From the NCBI RefSeq assembly GCF_000012925.1, contig NC_007517.1, positions 1,590,001 through 1,622,000 on the forward strand: 32,000 nucleotides of DNA, in the 5' to 3' direction. Below the pieces are notes generated by a model. It ran no database searches. It was not told the DNA's origin and was given only the letters and a program-made list of their open reading frames with translations. Source of the DNA: Geobacter metallireducens GS-15 (GTDB taxonomy: Bacteria; Desulfobacterota; Desulfuromonadia; Geobacterales; Geobacteraceae). Below, piece by piece: positions 21,082 through 29,456 of the stretch. Position 1 is the stretch's first letter. The number at the start of each line of letters is the position of its first letter. The position numbers were made by a program, and so were the translations under genes.

Positions 21082-21314
21082 ACACCCGAACCTCAGACAC
21101 TGGTAATCCCGATTATTTCTACGAGGCATGATAAAATAAAAGTATATTTCTTGATTTGTAGAGCCCATCACGGCCGACCTCTCTGAGGCATGATGCAGCA
21201 GAGGCCATGATGATTGGTCTCCGGGGGTTCATACACCTCGGCTGACTGGAGTCTCTCCCCAAAGAACTGCAACGCTGATAATCCATTATCACTGATCTCT
21301 CAAGGAGGATTTGC

Positions 21315-21968
21315 ATGAAGGTCTATGCTGTAAATGGCAGCCCAAGGAAGAACTGGAACACCGCGATGTTGCTCGAACATGCGCTTTCAGGTGCTGCGTC
21401 GCAGGGGGCGGAAACGGAGCTTATCCATCTCTATGATCTCACTTTCAAGGGGTGTACGAGCTGTTTTGCCTGCAAATTGAAGGAGGGCAAGAGCTACGGC
21501 AAATGTGCCATGAAAGACGGACTCACGCCGGCCCTCGAAAAGCTCGCCACCGCTGATGCCTTCATCCTCGGCTCGCCCATCTATTTCGGAACCGTGACAG
21601 GAGAGATGCGTTCCTTCATGGAACGGCTCCTTTTCCAGTATCTGGCATACACCCGGCCACCGAGCTCACTCTTCACCAGAAATATTCCGACCGCGTTCAT
21701 CTACACCATGAACGTCTCGGAAGAGATCATGAAGGAGAATCAGTACCCGATCCATATCGGGATGAACGAAAACTACCTGGCTCGGATTTTCGGTCAGGCG
21801 GAAACGCTCTGTTCCTATGAAACACTCCAGTTCGAGGATTACGACAAGGTGGTGTTCAACTACTTCGATCCCGAAGAGCGCCGGCAGCGGCGCAGGGACG
21901 TGTTCCCGGAAGATTGCAGAAAAGCTTCAGAGTTGGGCGCCCGATTGGCAAGATCAGCCAGAGGGTAA
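21315..21968 (+). CDS. Flavodoxin-fold NAD(P)H-dependent FMN reductase family protein, iron-sulfur-flavoprotein-like
   Basis: MKVYAVNGSPRKNWNT and ADAFILGSPIYFGTVTGEMRSFMERL are FMN_red signatures. The Cys cluster CTSCFAC-x10-C resembles the compact Fe-S motif of Isf-type flavoproteins. Strong AAGGAGGA RBS. Confidence 0.85.
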   Translation: MKVYAVNGSPRKNWNTAMLLEHALSGAASQGAETELIHLYDLTFKGCTSCFACKLKEGKSYGKCAMKDGLTPALEKLATADAFILGSPIYFGTVTGEMRSFMERLLFQYLAYTRPPSSLFTRNIPTAFIYTMNVSEEIMKENQYPIHIGMNENYLARIFGQAETLCSYETLQFEDYDKVVFNYFDPEERRQRRRDVFPEDCRKASELGARLARSARG

Positions 21969-21994
21969 AACTGAAAACATAGATTGGAGACCAC

Positions 21995-22564
21995 ATGAAA
22001 CAATCACTCGGTGCCAAGACGCTGCTGTTCCCTACACCGGTCCTGATGGTGGGGACATACGACCACGCAGGCAAACCAAATCTGATGAATGCTGCCTGGG
22101 GCGGCATCTGCTGCTCCGATCCGCCGTGCGTGACGGTATCCGTGCGCAAGTCCAGACACACCTATGACAGCATCGTCGAGCGCCAGGCATTCACGGTGGG
22201 GATTGCCAACGAAGCGACCATGGCGGAAGCGGACTACGTGGGCATCGCCTCCGGACGTGACGCTGACAAATTTGCCGTTGCCGGATTGACCCCTGTCAGA
22301 AGCGAACTGGTGGACGCTCCGTATGCGGAGGAGTTCCCGGTAGTTCTGGAGTGCCGCCTGCTCCATACGCTGGAGATAGGGATCCACACCCAGTTCATTG
22401 GCGAGATCATTGATGTGAAGGCAGACAAGAACATCTTGAGCGAGGACGGTCTTCCCGACATCCTCAAGATACAGCCACTGGTCTTTGATACCGCCCACAG
22501 GGGGTATCATGCTGTTGGGCCGTTGCTTGACAGGGCATACTCCGTGGGTAAGAAATTGTTATGA
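21995..22564 (+). CDS. Flavin reductase-like, FMN-binding split-barrel protein
   Basis: LLFPTPVLMVGTYDHAGKPNLMNAAWGGICCSDPPCVTVSVRKSRHTYDSI is the typical Flavin_Reduct domain pattern. Length 189 aa. Confidence 0.85.
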   Translation: MKQSLGAKTLLFPTPVLMVGTYDHAGKPNLMNAAWGGICCSDPPCVTVSVRKSRHTYDSIVERQAFTVGIANEATMAEADYVGIASGRDADKFAVAGLTPVRSELVDAPYAEEFPVVLECRLLHTLEIGIHTQFIGEIIDVKADKNILSEDGLPDILKIQPLVFDTAHRGYHAVGPLLDRAYSVGKKLL

Positions 22565-22726
22565 TGAGCAACGTCTAGCGGATCCACGGAAAAAGGCCCA
22601 CGGCAAGAAATGATTTTGGTCGCGCCCTGAAACTGAATGTCAAGCCCATGTCCCTCGCCGACGCGGCAAAGCTTTTATCGACTGGCCCTGTGAAGCCTCG
22701 TAGCCTGAAATGTGTGCAGGAGCACA

Positions 22727-22917
22727 ATGACCAGATATCTTGCTGGAAAATCAGTGGTAGTGACCGGTTCGGGCAGCGGAATAGGGCGCGCGGTCGCGCT
22801 GGAGACACCTTCCTCGGCACCGCGCTTCCCTCCCTTGAAAAGAGCCTCTATCCGTTGGACCGCTCCAAGACGTCTTCACGTGGGATCGTTGCTCCGGGCT
22901 GGCTGATACCGAAATAG
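22727..22917 (+). pseudogene. Remnant of a short-chain dehydrogenase/reductase gene
   Basis: AGGAG RBS plus ATG, then MTRYLAGKSVVVTGSGSGIGRAVALE, a classic SDR N-terminus with the TGxxxGIG motif. After about 26 codons the reading frame loses all SDR character. A different frame ends ...RGIVAPGWLIPK*, reminiscent of the SDR (V)APGWI segment. This is consistent with internal deletion and frameshift. Confidence 0.5.
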
Positions 22918-23244
22918 CTGCCGCGTGGTGCCTATCGCATGACGCCGCTCCATGACGTCATGTCCGCCTGGCCGATAGTGGCGAGGAAAGAACTCCACAG
23001 GAAGCAGATGAAAATGGCCATGTCCGTGGATGGCAGAAATAAGAACTATTACTGGGGCGAAATCCTGGAACGTCACTGGGTATCCGGCGGTAAACGAAAT
23101 CGATAATCTGAATAAACTCTGGTACGTCAAACGAACGGCACTATTTTGGATATTTTAATGTACCTGACATAAACATGTAACGCGGAGGTGGTACGGTCAT
23201 GACGTTTTAGAAATGCGTTCAGAATCGACTGATACGAGGATTTC

Positions 23245-24402
23245 ATGACGTCACGTACCACAGCAATTTTCGGTGTTTTCGTTGCTATCTCGGCATCCGC
23301 CACATTGATGGTGGGGGATAGCCCTGTCCATGCCGCATCCTGGGGGCTCTGGAACGACCCCCACGGCGGTATTGTGAAATCCGTCCCCCGTCCCGCGCCT
23401 GCACCGCCACCTGTTGCTCCCCCCAAGGCAGAAGTTCCTCCCGTTCCCTCTCAAGACTCGGAAAAACATTCCGATACAGCCGCGTTAGCCGAGACTGCCC
23501 CGGCTACGTCATCGTCAGCCGAGACAAATCCCCAATCTTCCGCTGCAGACTCGATTCCTTCGGACAGTGCCGCCGTTCCGCCCGCTGTCACCGATGCGAC
23601 TGGAACTGTTGCGTCCGACAACGAGCCCGGGTCTCCCGTTCTGATGGCCACCGAGCCTGCCGAAAAAGCCGTCGCTGCTGTAGCAACGGAGAATCCCGGT
23701 ACTACTGAAAACCGGCAGCCTGTCGTTGCGGAATCGCCAGCGAAGACCGTGGCTGATGATACTACGATTCCGGTTCAGGAGCAGGGCGCCATTGGTACCA
23801 GTGTTGCCGATCAAGTGCCTGCGACTGGTGAGATGCCGGCGACTAAGGAAGTGCCTGCTCCCAATCCCGTGGTGCTTGCCGGGGTGGATCAGCCCACGTC
23901 GGTTCCCCCGCAGGCTGGCGATGCCTATGTCATCGGTGCCGGCGATGTTCTCGATATCGCGGTCTGGCGCGACGAGAGCCTGACCAAGACGGTGGTGGTG
24001 CTTCCCGACGGGACCATTTCGTTTCCCCTTATCGGTGTGGTCAAGGCGGGTGGGAAGACCGTGGAGCAACTCAAGGATGAGATCAGGACGCGCCTTTCGA
24101 GCTACTTTTCCGACCTGACCCTCTCCCTTGAGGTGCGGCAGGCCAACAGCATGATGATCTTTGTGGTGGGAAAGGTGAATTCTCCCGGGCGTCATCCGAT
24201 CAGCTCGCCTGTGAACGTGTTACAGGCCCTGGCCATGGCGGGCGGGGTAAATCCCTTTGCCAAGAAGGATGACATCAAGATTTTCCGCCAGGACGAGGGG
24301 AAAACCGTCATCTTTTCCTTTGCCTACAGCGAGGTGTCCCGGGGTAACCGGCTGGAAGAGAATATTGTCCTGAGGCGCGGTGACCTGATCGTCGTCCCCT
24401 GA
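23245..24402 (+). CDS. Polysaccharide export protein (Wza/Poly_export family, PEP-CTERM-locus type) with a long low-complexity N-terminal extension
   Basis: Signal peptide, then about 180 aa rich in Ala/Pro/Ser/Thr/Glu, then the Poly_export plus SLBB core (YVIGAGDVLDIAVWRDESLTKTVVVLPDGTISFPLIGVVKAGGKTVEQL...MIFVVGKVNSPGRHP...VLQALAMAGG...LRRGDLIVVP). Confidence 0.9.
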   Translation: MTSRTTAIFGVFVAISASATLMVGDSPVHAASWGLWNDPHGGIVKSVPRPAPAPPPVAPPKAEVPPVPSQDSEKHSDTAALAETAPATSSSAETNPQSSAADSIPSDSAAVPPAVTDATGTVASDNEPGSPVLMATEPAEKAVAAVATENPGTTENRQPVVAESPAKTVADDTTIPVQEQGAIGTSVADQVPATGEMPATKEVPAPNPVVLAGVDQPTSVPPQAGDAYVIGAGDVLDIAVWRDESLTKTVVVLPDGTISFPLIGVVKAGGKTVEQLKDEIRTRLSSYFSDLTLSLEVRQANSMMIFVVGKVNSPGRHPISSPVNVLQALAMAGGVNPFAKKDDIKIFRQDEGKTVIFSFAYSEVSRGNRLEENIVLRRGDLIVVP

Positions 24403-24427
24403 TCCGATTTAATCGACGAGGCTTGCC

Positions 24428-25660
24428 ATGTCTTTGCCATGCCGCAGACCGGTTTCGGCCGTGCAGGTGATCTCTGCCGCCGCAGCCCTGATCGGAACTG
24501 CCCTTACAATGCTTCCCGTTTCCGCCTTCGCTGACGACTTCCGTCTCCTGGGTGCGACGGCCCTGCAACAGGAGTATATCGACAATCTGTTCATGTCTCC
24601 CGACGATCGGAAGAGTTCATTTATCACCACTCTTTCGGGCGGATTCGAGGCAACGGAACGGACCGAGCGGCTCGATGCCGACCTGACGCTCAAGCTGGAC
24701 CAGATCTTTTACACCGATGAGAACAGGCTCGGCAATTCGCTGAACCAGCTTTACCGGGGAGGTGCCCGCTACCGGCTCACGGAGCTTCTGACCCTGGGTG
24801 CGTCAGCGAAGTATGAGCTGAACAACCGCCCCGACCAGGACATCGAGCGGACAGGGCTCATCGTGGAGCCGGTCACCCGGCACCGGCAGGAATACGGGGC
24901 CACGGCCAATTACATCCTGAGCGAGACAATGTCCACGGCCCTTTCGTACTCGTATCTGCAGGATGACTTCAATGACCGCACCAACACGCAGAACAGCTCC
25001 CACGATCTCTCCGTGGTGCTGGAGCGGAATCTAAGCGCTTACCTGCCGGACCTGACCGGGAGCCTCATTTTCGGCTACGGCAACTACCAGACGCGGGAGG
25101 CCACGGACACAAAGGTTGAGCAGTACCTGGCCATGGCCGGGATCTCGTGGTCCTACACCGAGCTCTGGAAACTGTTTGCCAATCTGGGGGCCAGCTACAC
25201 CACGTCGGAATTCGACACTCTTGCCGGCTCATCGCTTGTCCGTAACGGCGAGCACAGTTGGGGGGGGACGGGGAAGGCCGGGGTCAGCTACAGGGATGAG
25301 TACACTGCCGGGACCCTTGCCTTCAGCCAGGGAATCGTGCCGGCATCGGGGAGATCGGGCGCAAGCCGCCGCACCGGCCTGACCCTCGATCTGAGTCGGC
25401 GCTTCACGGAAGAATTGACCGGCTTCCTGTCGTCCGGGTTCTTTCTGAACCGCTCCGACAGGGGAGAGTTCTCGGCGGGCGAAATCGACGAGACCACCTT
25501 CAATGCGGGGATTGGCGCCCGGTACAACGTGAGCAGGGACTTCTCCCTGGAGGCGCGGTACGGCTATGCACGGATCGACTACGGGGTGTCCGGACAGACG
25601 GCGGAGCGCAACGGTGTGATGATGAGCCTGGTCTACCGGTATCCGTTTCTGGAGAAATAA
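24428..25660 (+). CDS. Outer-membrane beta-barrel protein of the type found in PEP-CTERM/exosortase EPS loci
   Basis: Signal peptide ending SAFA. Alternating hydrophobic/polar beta-strand periodicity runs throughout (e.g. GATANYILSETMSTALSYSY, GISWSYTELWKLFANLGASYT, LEARYGYARIDY, VMMSLVYRYPF). It sits between the exporter and the chain-length determinant, as in other such loci. Confidence 0.7.
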   Translation: MSLPCRRPVSAVQVISAAAALIGTALTMLPVSAFADDFRLLGATALQQEYIDNLFMSPDDRKSSFITTLSGGFEATERTERLDADLTLKLDQIFYTDENRLGNSLNQLYRGGARYRLTELLTLGASAKYELNNRPDQDIERTGLIVEPVTRHRQEYGATANYILSETMSTALSYSYLQDDFNDRTNTQNSSHDLSVVLERNLSAYLPDLTGSLIFGYGNYQTREATDTKVEQYLAMAGISWSYTELWKLFANLGASYTTSEFDTLAGSSLVRNGEHSWGGTGKAGVSYRDEYTAGTLAFSQGIVPASGRSGASRRTGLTLDLSRRFTEELTGFLSSGFFLNRSDRGEFSAGEIDETTFNAGIGARYNVSRDFSLEARYGYARIDYGVSGQTAERNGVMMSLVYRYPFLEK

Positions 25661-25682
25661 TTGAGAAAGTGCGAGGCGTAAG

Positions 25683-27242
25683 ATGGAAGCAGAAATCAAA
25701 TCGTTCGGCGATATCGTACGGATCGTAAAGCGGCGCAGGCTGAGCCTCATCGTTCCGGCTGCGGTCATATTTGCGATGACGCTCGTGGCCGCAGTGGTGT
25801 TGCCGCGCATCTACCGTTCCACCTCCACGATCCTCATCGAGGAGCAGGAGATTCCCCGCGATTTCGTCATGACCACCGTGACGAGCTACGCCGAGGAGCG
25901 TCTCCAGACCATCAACCAGCGGATCATGAGCTCCACGAAACTCCTGGAGATCATCAACCGCTTCAATCTCTACAGCGACCTGCGCAAGAGCAAGACCACC
26001 GAAGAGATCATCTCCCAGATGCGCGGGGACATCAAATTCCAGACCATCAGCGCCGATGTTGTGGATCGCCGCACCGGCAGGCCCACCGCCGCCACCATCG
26101 CCTTCTCCCTCTCTTACGATGGGAAGAGCCCGGCAACGGTCCAGCAGGTGTCGAACGTCCTGGCATCCCTCTACCTGGAGGAGAACCTCAGGGTTCGCGA
26201 GCAGCAGACCCTGGGAGCCACCCGGTTCATGGAAGAGGAAATGAAGGATGTTCAGGCAAAGCTCGTGGAGATCGAGAGAAAGATCGCCGATTACAAGCAG
26301 CGCAACGTGAGCGCGCTGCCCGAGCTTGCCCAGTTGAACATGCAGACACTTGACCGGAGCGACCGGGACGTGGACCAGTTCCATGACCAGCTGCGAATGC
26401 TGCGGGAGAAGGAAGGGTATCTGGAGGCCCAGCTTTCCAGTATCCCCACGGACGACGCCAACACCGACAAGGGGCGGCTGCGGGAATTGCGGGTGAAGCT
26501 TGTGGACCTCAAGACCCGCCTCTCCGATGCCCATCCCGACGTGATCAAGGCCCGCTCCGAGATTGCCGCCCTTGAAAGACAGCTCAAGGGGTCGGGACGC
26601 AATATGGAAAGCAAGCCCGACAATCCTGCCTACGTGACCCTCTCGGCCCAGCTGGCCAGCACCCGGTCCGAGATCGAATCGGTCAAGCGCCAGGTGCAGC
26701 TGGCCCAGGGCAAGCGCGACAGTTACCGCCGCCGCCTGGAGGCTTTCCCCCAGGTGGAGGAGGGGTACAAGGTGCTGCTCGTGGAGCGGAACAACCTTCA
26801 GCTCAAATATGACGATCTCTCCAAGAAGTTCATGGAAGCCAAAGTGGCCCATGGCCTCGAAAAGGAGCAGATGGGGGAACGCTTCACCCTCATCGACGCG
26901 GCCCGGCTCCCCGAGAAACCGGTGAGCCCCAATGTGCCGGCCATCCTCGTTATCGGCCTGATTCTCGGGCTGGGTGCCGGCATCGGCACCGCCGCCTTCA
27001 GGGAATACGGCGATCAGTCCGCCCACGGCATCGAAACCCTGGCACGGGCCACGGCCCTGCCGGTGCTCGCCGCGATCCCCGAGATCGTCACCCTGGAGGA
27101 AACCGACGTCCGCAAGCGGCGTTATCGGATGGCGGCAGCCGGGGTGGCCATGGTCATCATTGTGGCGATTCCGCTTATTCACTTCTTCGTCATGGATCTG
27201 GATATCATCGTGGCCAAGATGATGCGGCGGCTCTCCGTCTAG
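25683..27242 (+). CDS. Polysaccharide chain-length determinant (Wzz/PCP family, PEP-CTERM-locus type)
   Basis: N-terminal Wzz motif with a TM helix (IVKRRRLSLIVPAAVIFAMTLVAAVVL...YRSTSTILIE). A long periplasmic coiled coil follows (LRVREQQTLGATRFMEEEMKDVQAKLVEIERKIADYK...). The second TM helix comes after the PEKPVSPN motif, and there is an additional C-terminal TM helix. Confidence 0.9.
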   Translation: MEAEIKSFGDIVRIVKRRRLSLIVPAAVIFAMTLVAAVVLPRIYRSTSTILIEEQEIPRDFVMTTVTSYAEERLQTINQRIMSSTKLLEIINRFNLYSDLRKSKTTEEIISQMRGDIKFQTISADVVDRRTGRPTAATIAFSLSYDGKSPATVQQVSNVLASLYLEENLRVREQQTLGATRFMEEEMKDVQAKLVEIERKIADYKQRNVSALPELAQLNMQTLDRSDRDVDQFHDQLRMLREKEGYLEAQLSSIPTDDANTDKGRLRELRVKLVDLKTRLSDAHPDVIKARSEIAALERQLKGSGRNMESKPDNPAYVTLSAQLASTRSEIESVKRQVQLAQGKRDSYRRRLEAFPQVEEGYKVLLVERNNLQLKYDDLSKKFMEAKVAHGLEKEQMGERFTLIDAARLPEKPVSPNVPAILVIGLILGLGAGIGTAAFREYGDQSAHGIETLARATALPVLAAIPEIVTLEETDVRKRRYRMAAAGVAMVIIVAIPLIHFFVMDLDIIVAKMMRRLSV

Positions 27243-27286
27243 CAGGACGTTCCTGCTGAGACCTGACTGGAAAGGAGCAGAGTGAC

Positions 27287-28465
27287 ATGGCGGAAACATC
27301 GACAGCTCTTGAACGGATGAGAAAAAAGGTCCTGGAGTCGGCCCGTTCCGACAGCCAGGAAGCTGTTTCAACCGAAGCGCCCCGGCTCAAGGCGGCACTG
27401 CCGGCGCCCGAAACAGAGGCGGTTGTCTTCGAACCGGTGGAGCAGCGGGCCGAAACGGCGCCTAAACGGAAGCTGTCCACCTTGGGGCGGATGGGAAAGA
27501 CTGCCTTTGGTCTGATCTCTTCCCGTCGGGAGAACGCGCTTCCTGCGACAGTAGATTCAGGGACTGCTGCAGATCTACAATACGAGGCAACGCAACCAAT
27601 GGCTGAAGTGGACACATGTTGCGGAAATCTCGCCGTGCAGGCGCCTGAACCGGTGGTTTCACCGGACGAAGTTATAGACACTGCTGGAGTAAGTTGCCCC
27701 GAAGAGCCTTGCATCGATCACACGGATGATAAGCGCCAGCCCTCCGTCGTCAACAGGGAAAAGATCGGCTGGGTGTCGCCGGCCTATACCGTCTCGCGCT
27801 CCGTCCGCCTCGACCCGCAGCTGGTGGCGAGAAATAAATGTGTCGCCTTTTTGTCCGACGCCGACGAAGTCGAATCGTACCGCGTGCTCCGAACCCAGAT
27901 TCTCCAGCGCAGCCGCGAGCGGGGCGGAAACACCATCATGATCACGAGCGCCCTTCCGGGCGAGGGGAAGACCCTCACCGCCATCAACCTGGCCCTCACC
28001 TTTGCCAAGGAGTTCCGTCAGACGGCTCTCCTGGTCGATTGCGACCTGCGCCGCCAGCGGATCCACGAACTGCTCGGCATCGGGGGCGAAAAGGGACTCA
28101 ACGACTATCTGCTGGACGACTGCCCCATATCCGATCTCATGGTATGGCCCGGTGTGGAGAAGCTCACTCTCATATCCGGCGGCAGGACCATCACCGAAAG
28201 CAGCGAACTGCTCGGTTCACCCCGCATGAAGGAACTGGTGGAAGACATGAAGCACCGCTACCCGGAGCGGTACGTGATCTTCGACGTGCCGGCCGTCCTC
28301 AGCGGGGCTGACGCCCTGGCCTTCGCGCCGCTGGTGGATCACATTGTCGTCACCGTCAAGGCGGGCGAGACCCCCATGTCCGAAGTCACCCGGGCGATCA
28401 GGATGCTCCCCCGGGAGAAGGTGCTGGGGGTGGTGCTGAACCGCCGGCGCAGGGGCGACGCGTAG
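27287..28465 (+). CDS. BY-kinase-like P-loop ATPase (EPS / PEP-CTERM-locus 'tyrosine autokinase' family), with no C-terminal Tyr cluster
   Basis: Walker A ITSALPGEGKTLTAINLA, Walker A' LLVDCDLRRQ and Walker B YVIFDVPA. It has an N-terminal extension of about 165 aa with no recognisable domain. The C-terminus is ...VLNRRRRGDA and contains no tyrosines. Confidence 0.85.
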   Translation: MAETSTALERMRKKVLESARSDSQEAVSTEAPRLKAALPAPETEAVVFEPVEQRAETAPKRKLSTLGRMGKTAFGLISSRRENALPATVDSGTAADLQYEATQPMAEVDTCCGNLAVQAPEPVVSPDEVIDTAGVSCPEEPCIDHTDDKRQPSVVNREKIGWVSPAYTVSRSVRLDPQLVARNKCVAFLSDADEVESYRVLRTQILQRSRERGGNTIMITSALPGEGKTLTAINLALTFAKEFRQTALLVDCDLRRQRIHELLGIGGEKGLNDYLLDDCPISDLMVWPGVEKLTLISGGRTITESSELLGSPRMKELVEDMKHRYPERYVIFDVPAVLSGADALAFAPLVDHIVVTVKAGETPMSEVTRAIRMLPREKVLGVVLNRRRRGDA

Positions 28466-28472
28466 CAAAGAC

Positions 28473-29456
28473 GTGGAACTCGCCGCAGGTCATGACGGGG
28501 GCACGATCCGGGCCATCAGGTTCGCGGTCGTTGCCCTCGTCCTGTTTCTGGCTGAATTCCTGGCCCCGGAGGCCGTCTTCGAGCCCCTCAACCGCACCAC
28601 CGCCATCATGACGGCGGAACTCTTGGGGCTCATGGGGCGCCATGCCCAGGCAGCAGGCACCCTGGTACGGCTCGACGGCTTCTCTGCCCGGGTCGTGACG
28701 GAATGCTCCGTCATCAACCCCGCCATCCTTTTTGCCTCCTTCGTCCTTGGTTCCGGCGCCTCTCCCCGCGCTAAGGCTGCCGGCATCCTGGCCGGTATTC
28801 CCATCCTCAACTCAATCAATGTCCTTCGCATTGCCGCTGTCATTGCCACGGGCGCGGCGGTTCCAGCCCTCTTCGAGGCGGTTCACGTCTACGTCGGTCA
28901 GATACTCATGGTGGGCGTGGTGTTATTCGGGGCGATTCTCTGGAGCCGGTGGGCCTCCGCCGATGGGGTTGCAACCTTTCCGTTTGTTCCCGGGGTACTG
29001 GCGTGGTCGGTGGTTCTCTTCGTTCCGTGGCTCTTCATGAACCGTTGGTACGTTGCCGTGGGCGATATACCGCTCAGGTTTTTGTTTGAAATGGCCGGAA
29101 GGCCCGTGGAGCTTCCCGTCGAGCGTCCTCTCTACTACCAGACCTTCAACAGCGTCCTTTTCGCGTCACTGGTCCTGGCGACAGGCTCCATCCCGATCCG
29201 GCGAAAAGCCGTATTCCTTGCAGGGGGGCTGGCTCTGCTGGCCGTGGGGCATCAGCTCTTCCGCGTCTGTAACATCCTCTTGTCCGCTTTCGGCATCCGG
29301 GAGGCCTACCTTGCCTCCGTGGCCATTCATGAAATCCTCGGATATCTCCTGCCGTTTCTGCTGTGGTTCATCCTGTGCCATGGGGTATCAAGACCGTCTG
29401 CGCACCGCCAGGGCTCCGCCGAGAAAGACCGCCGAGAGGCCGATACCCCAAGGTGA
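28473..29456 (+). CDS. Exosortase-family transpeptidase (short form; apparent tandem duplication)
   Basis: Polytopic membrane protein with the exosortase/archaeosortase catalytic signature in the expected order: Cys78 in VVTECSVIN (28704-28706), Arg119 in PILNSINVLRI and His138 in EAVHVYVG. It is the last gene of the EPS export operon, where EpsH/XrtA-type genes sit. The only in-frame start is a GTG. Confidence 0.85.
   Translation: MELAAGHDGGTIRAIRFAVVALVLFLAEFLAPEAVFEPLNRTTAIMTAELLGLMGRHAQAAGTLVRLDGFSARVVTECSVINPAILFASFVLGSGASPRAKAAGILAGIPILNSINVLRIAAVIATGAAVPALFEAVHVYVGQILMVGVVLFGAILWSRWASADGVATFPFVPGVLAWSVVLFVPWLFMNRWYVAVGDIPLRFLFEMAGRPVELPVERPLYYQTFNSVLFASLVLATGSIPIRRKAVFLAGGLALLAVGHQLFRVCNILLSAFGIREAYLASVAIHEILGYLLPFLLWFILCHGVSRPSAHRQGSAEKDRREADTPR

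Noticed and set aside
21082-21314. AT-rich dinB-flavoprotein spacer with a GAGGCATGAT direct repeat (about 21122 and 21185); also checked for a second LexA box
   Set aside because: The 10-nt repeat occurs only twice with no associated structure. GGTTCATACACC fails the LexA consensus at the fixed C and G positions. It is probably just promoter DNA.
22876-23130. Minus-strand ORF with an HGHGHFHLLP segment resembling a HIT-family HxHxHxx motif
   Set aside because: The start is only a TTG, the rest of the HIT fold cannot be traced, and the opposite strand has an equally plausible 55-aa fragment (22939..23106). I treat it as unassignable debris of the decayed junction rather than a gene.
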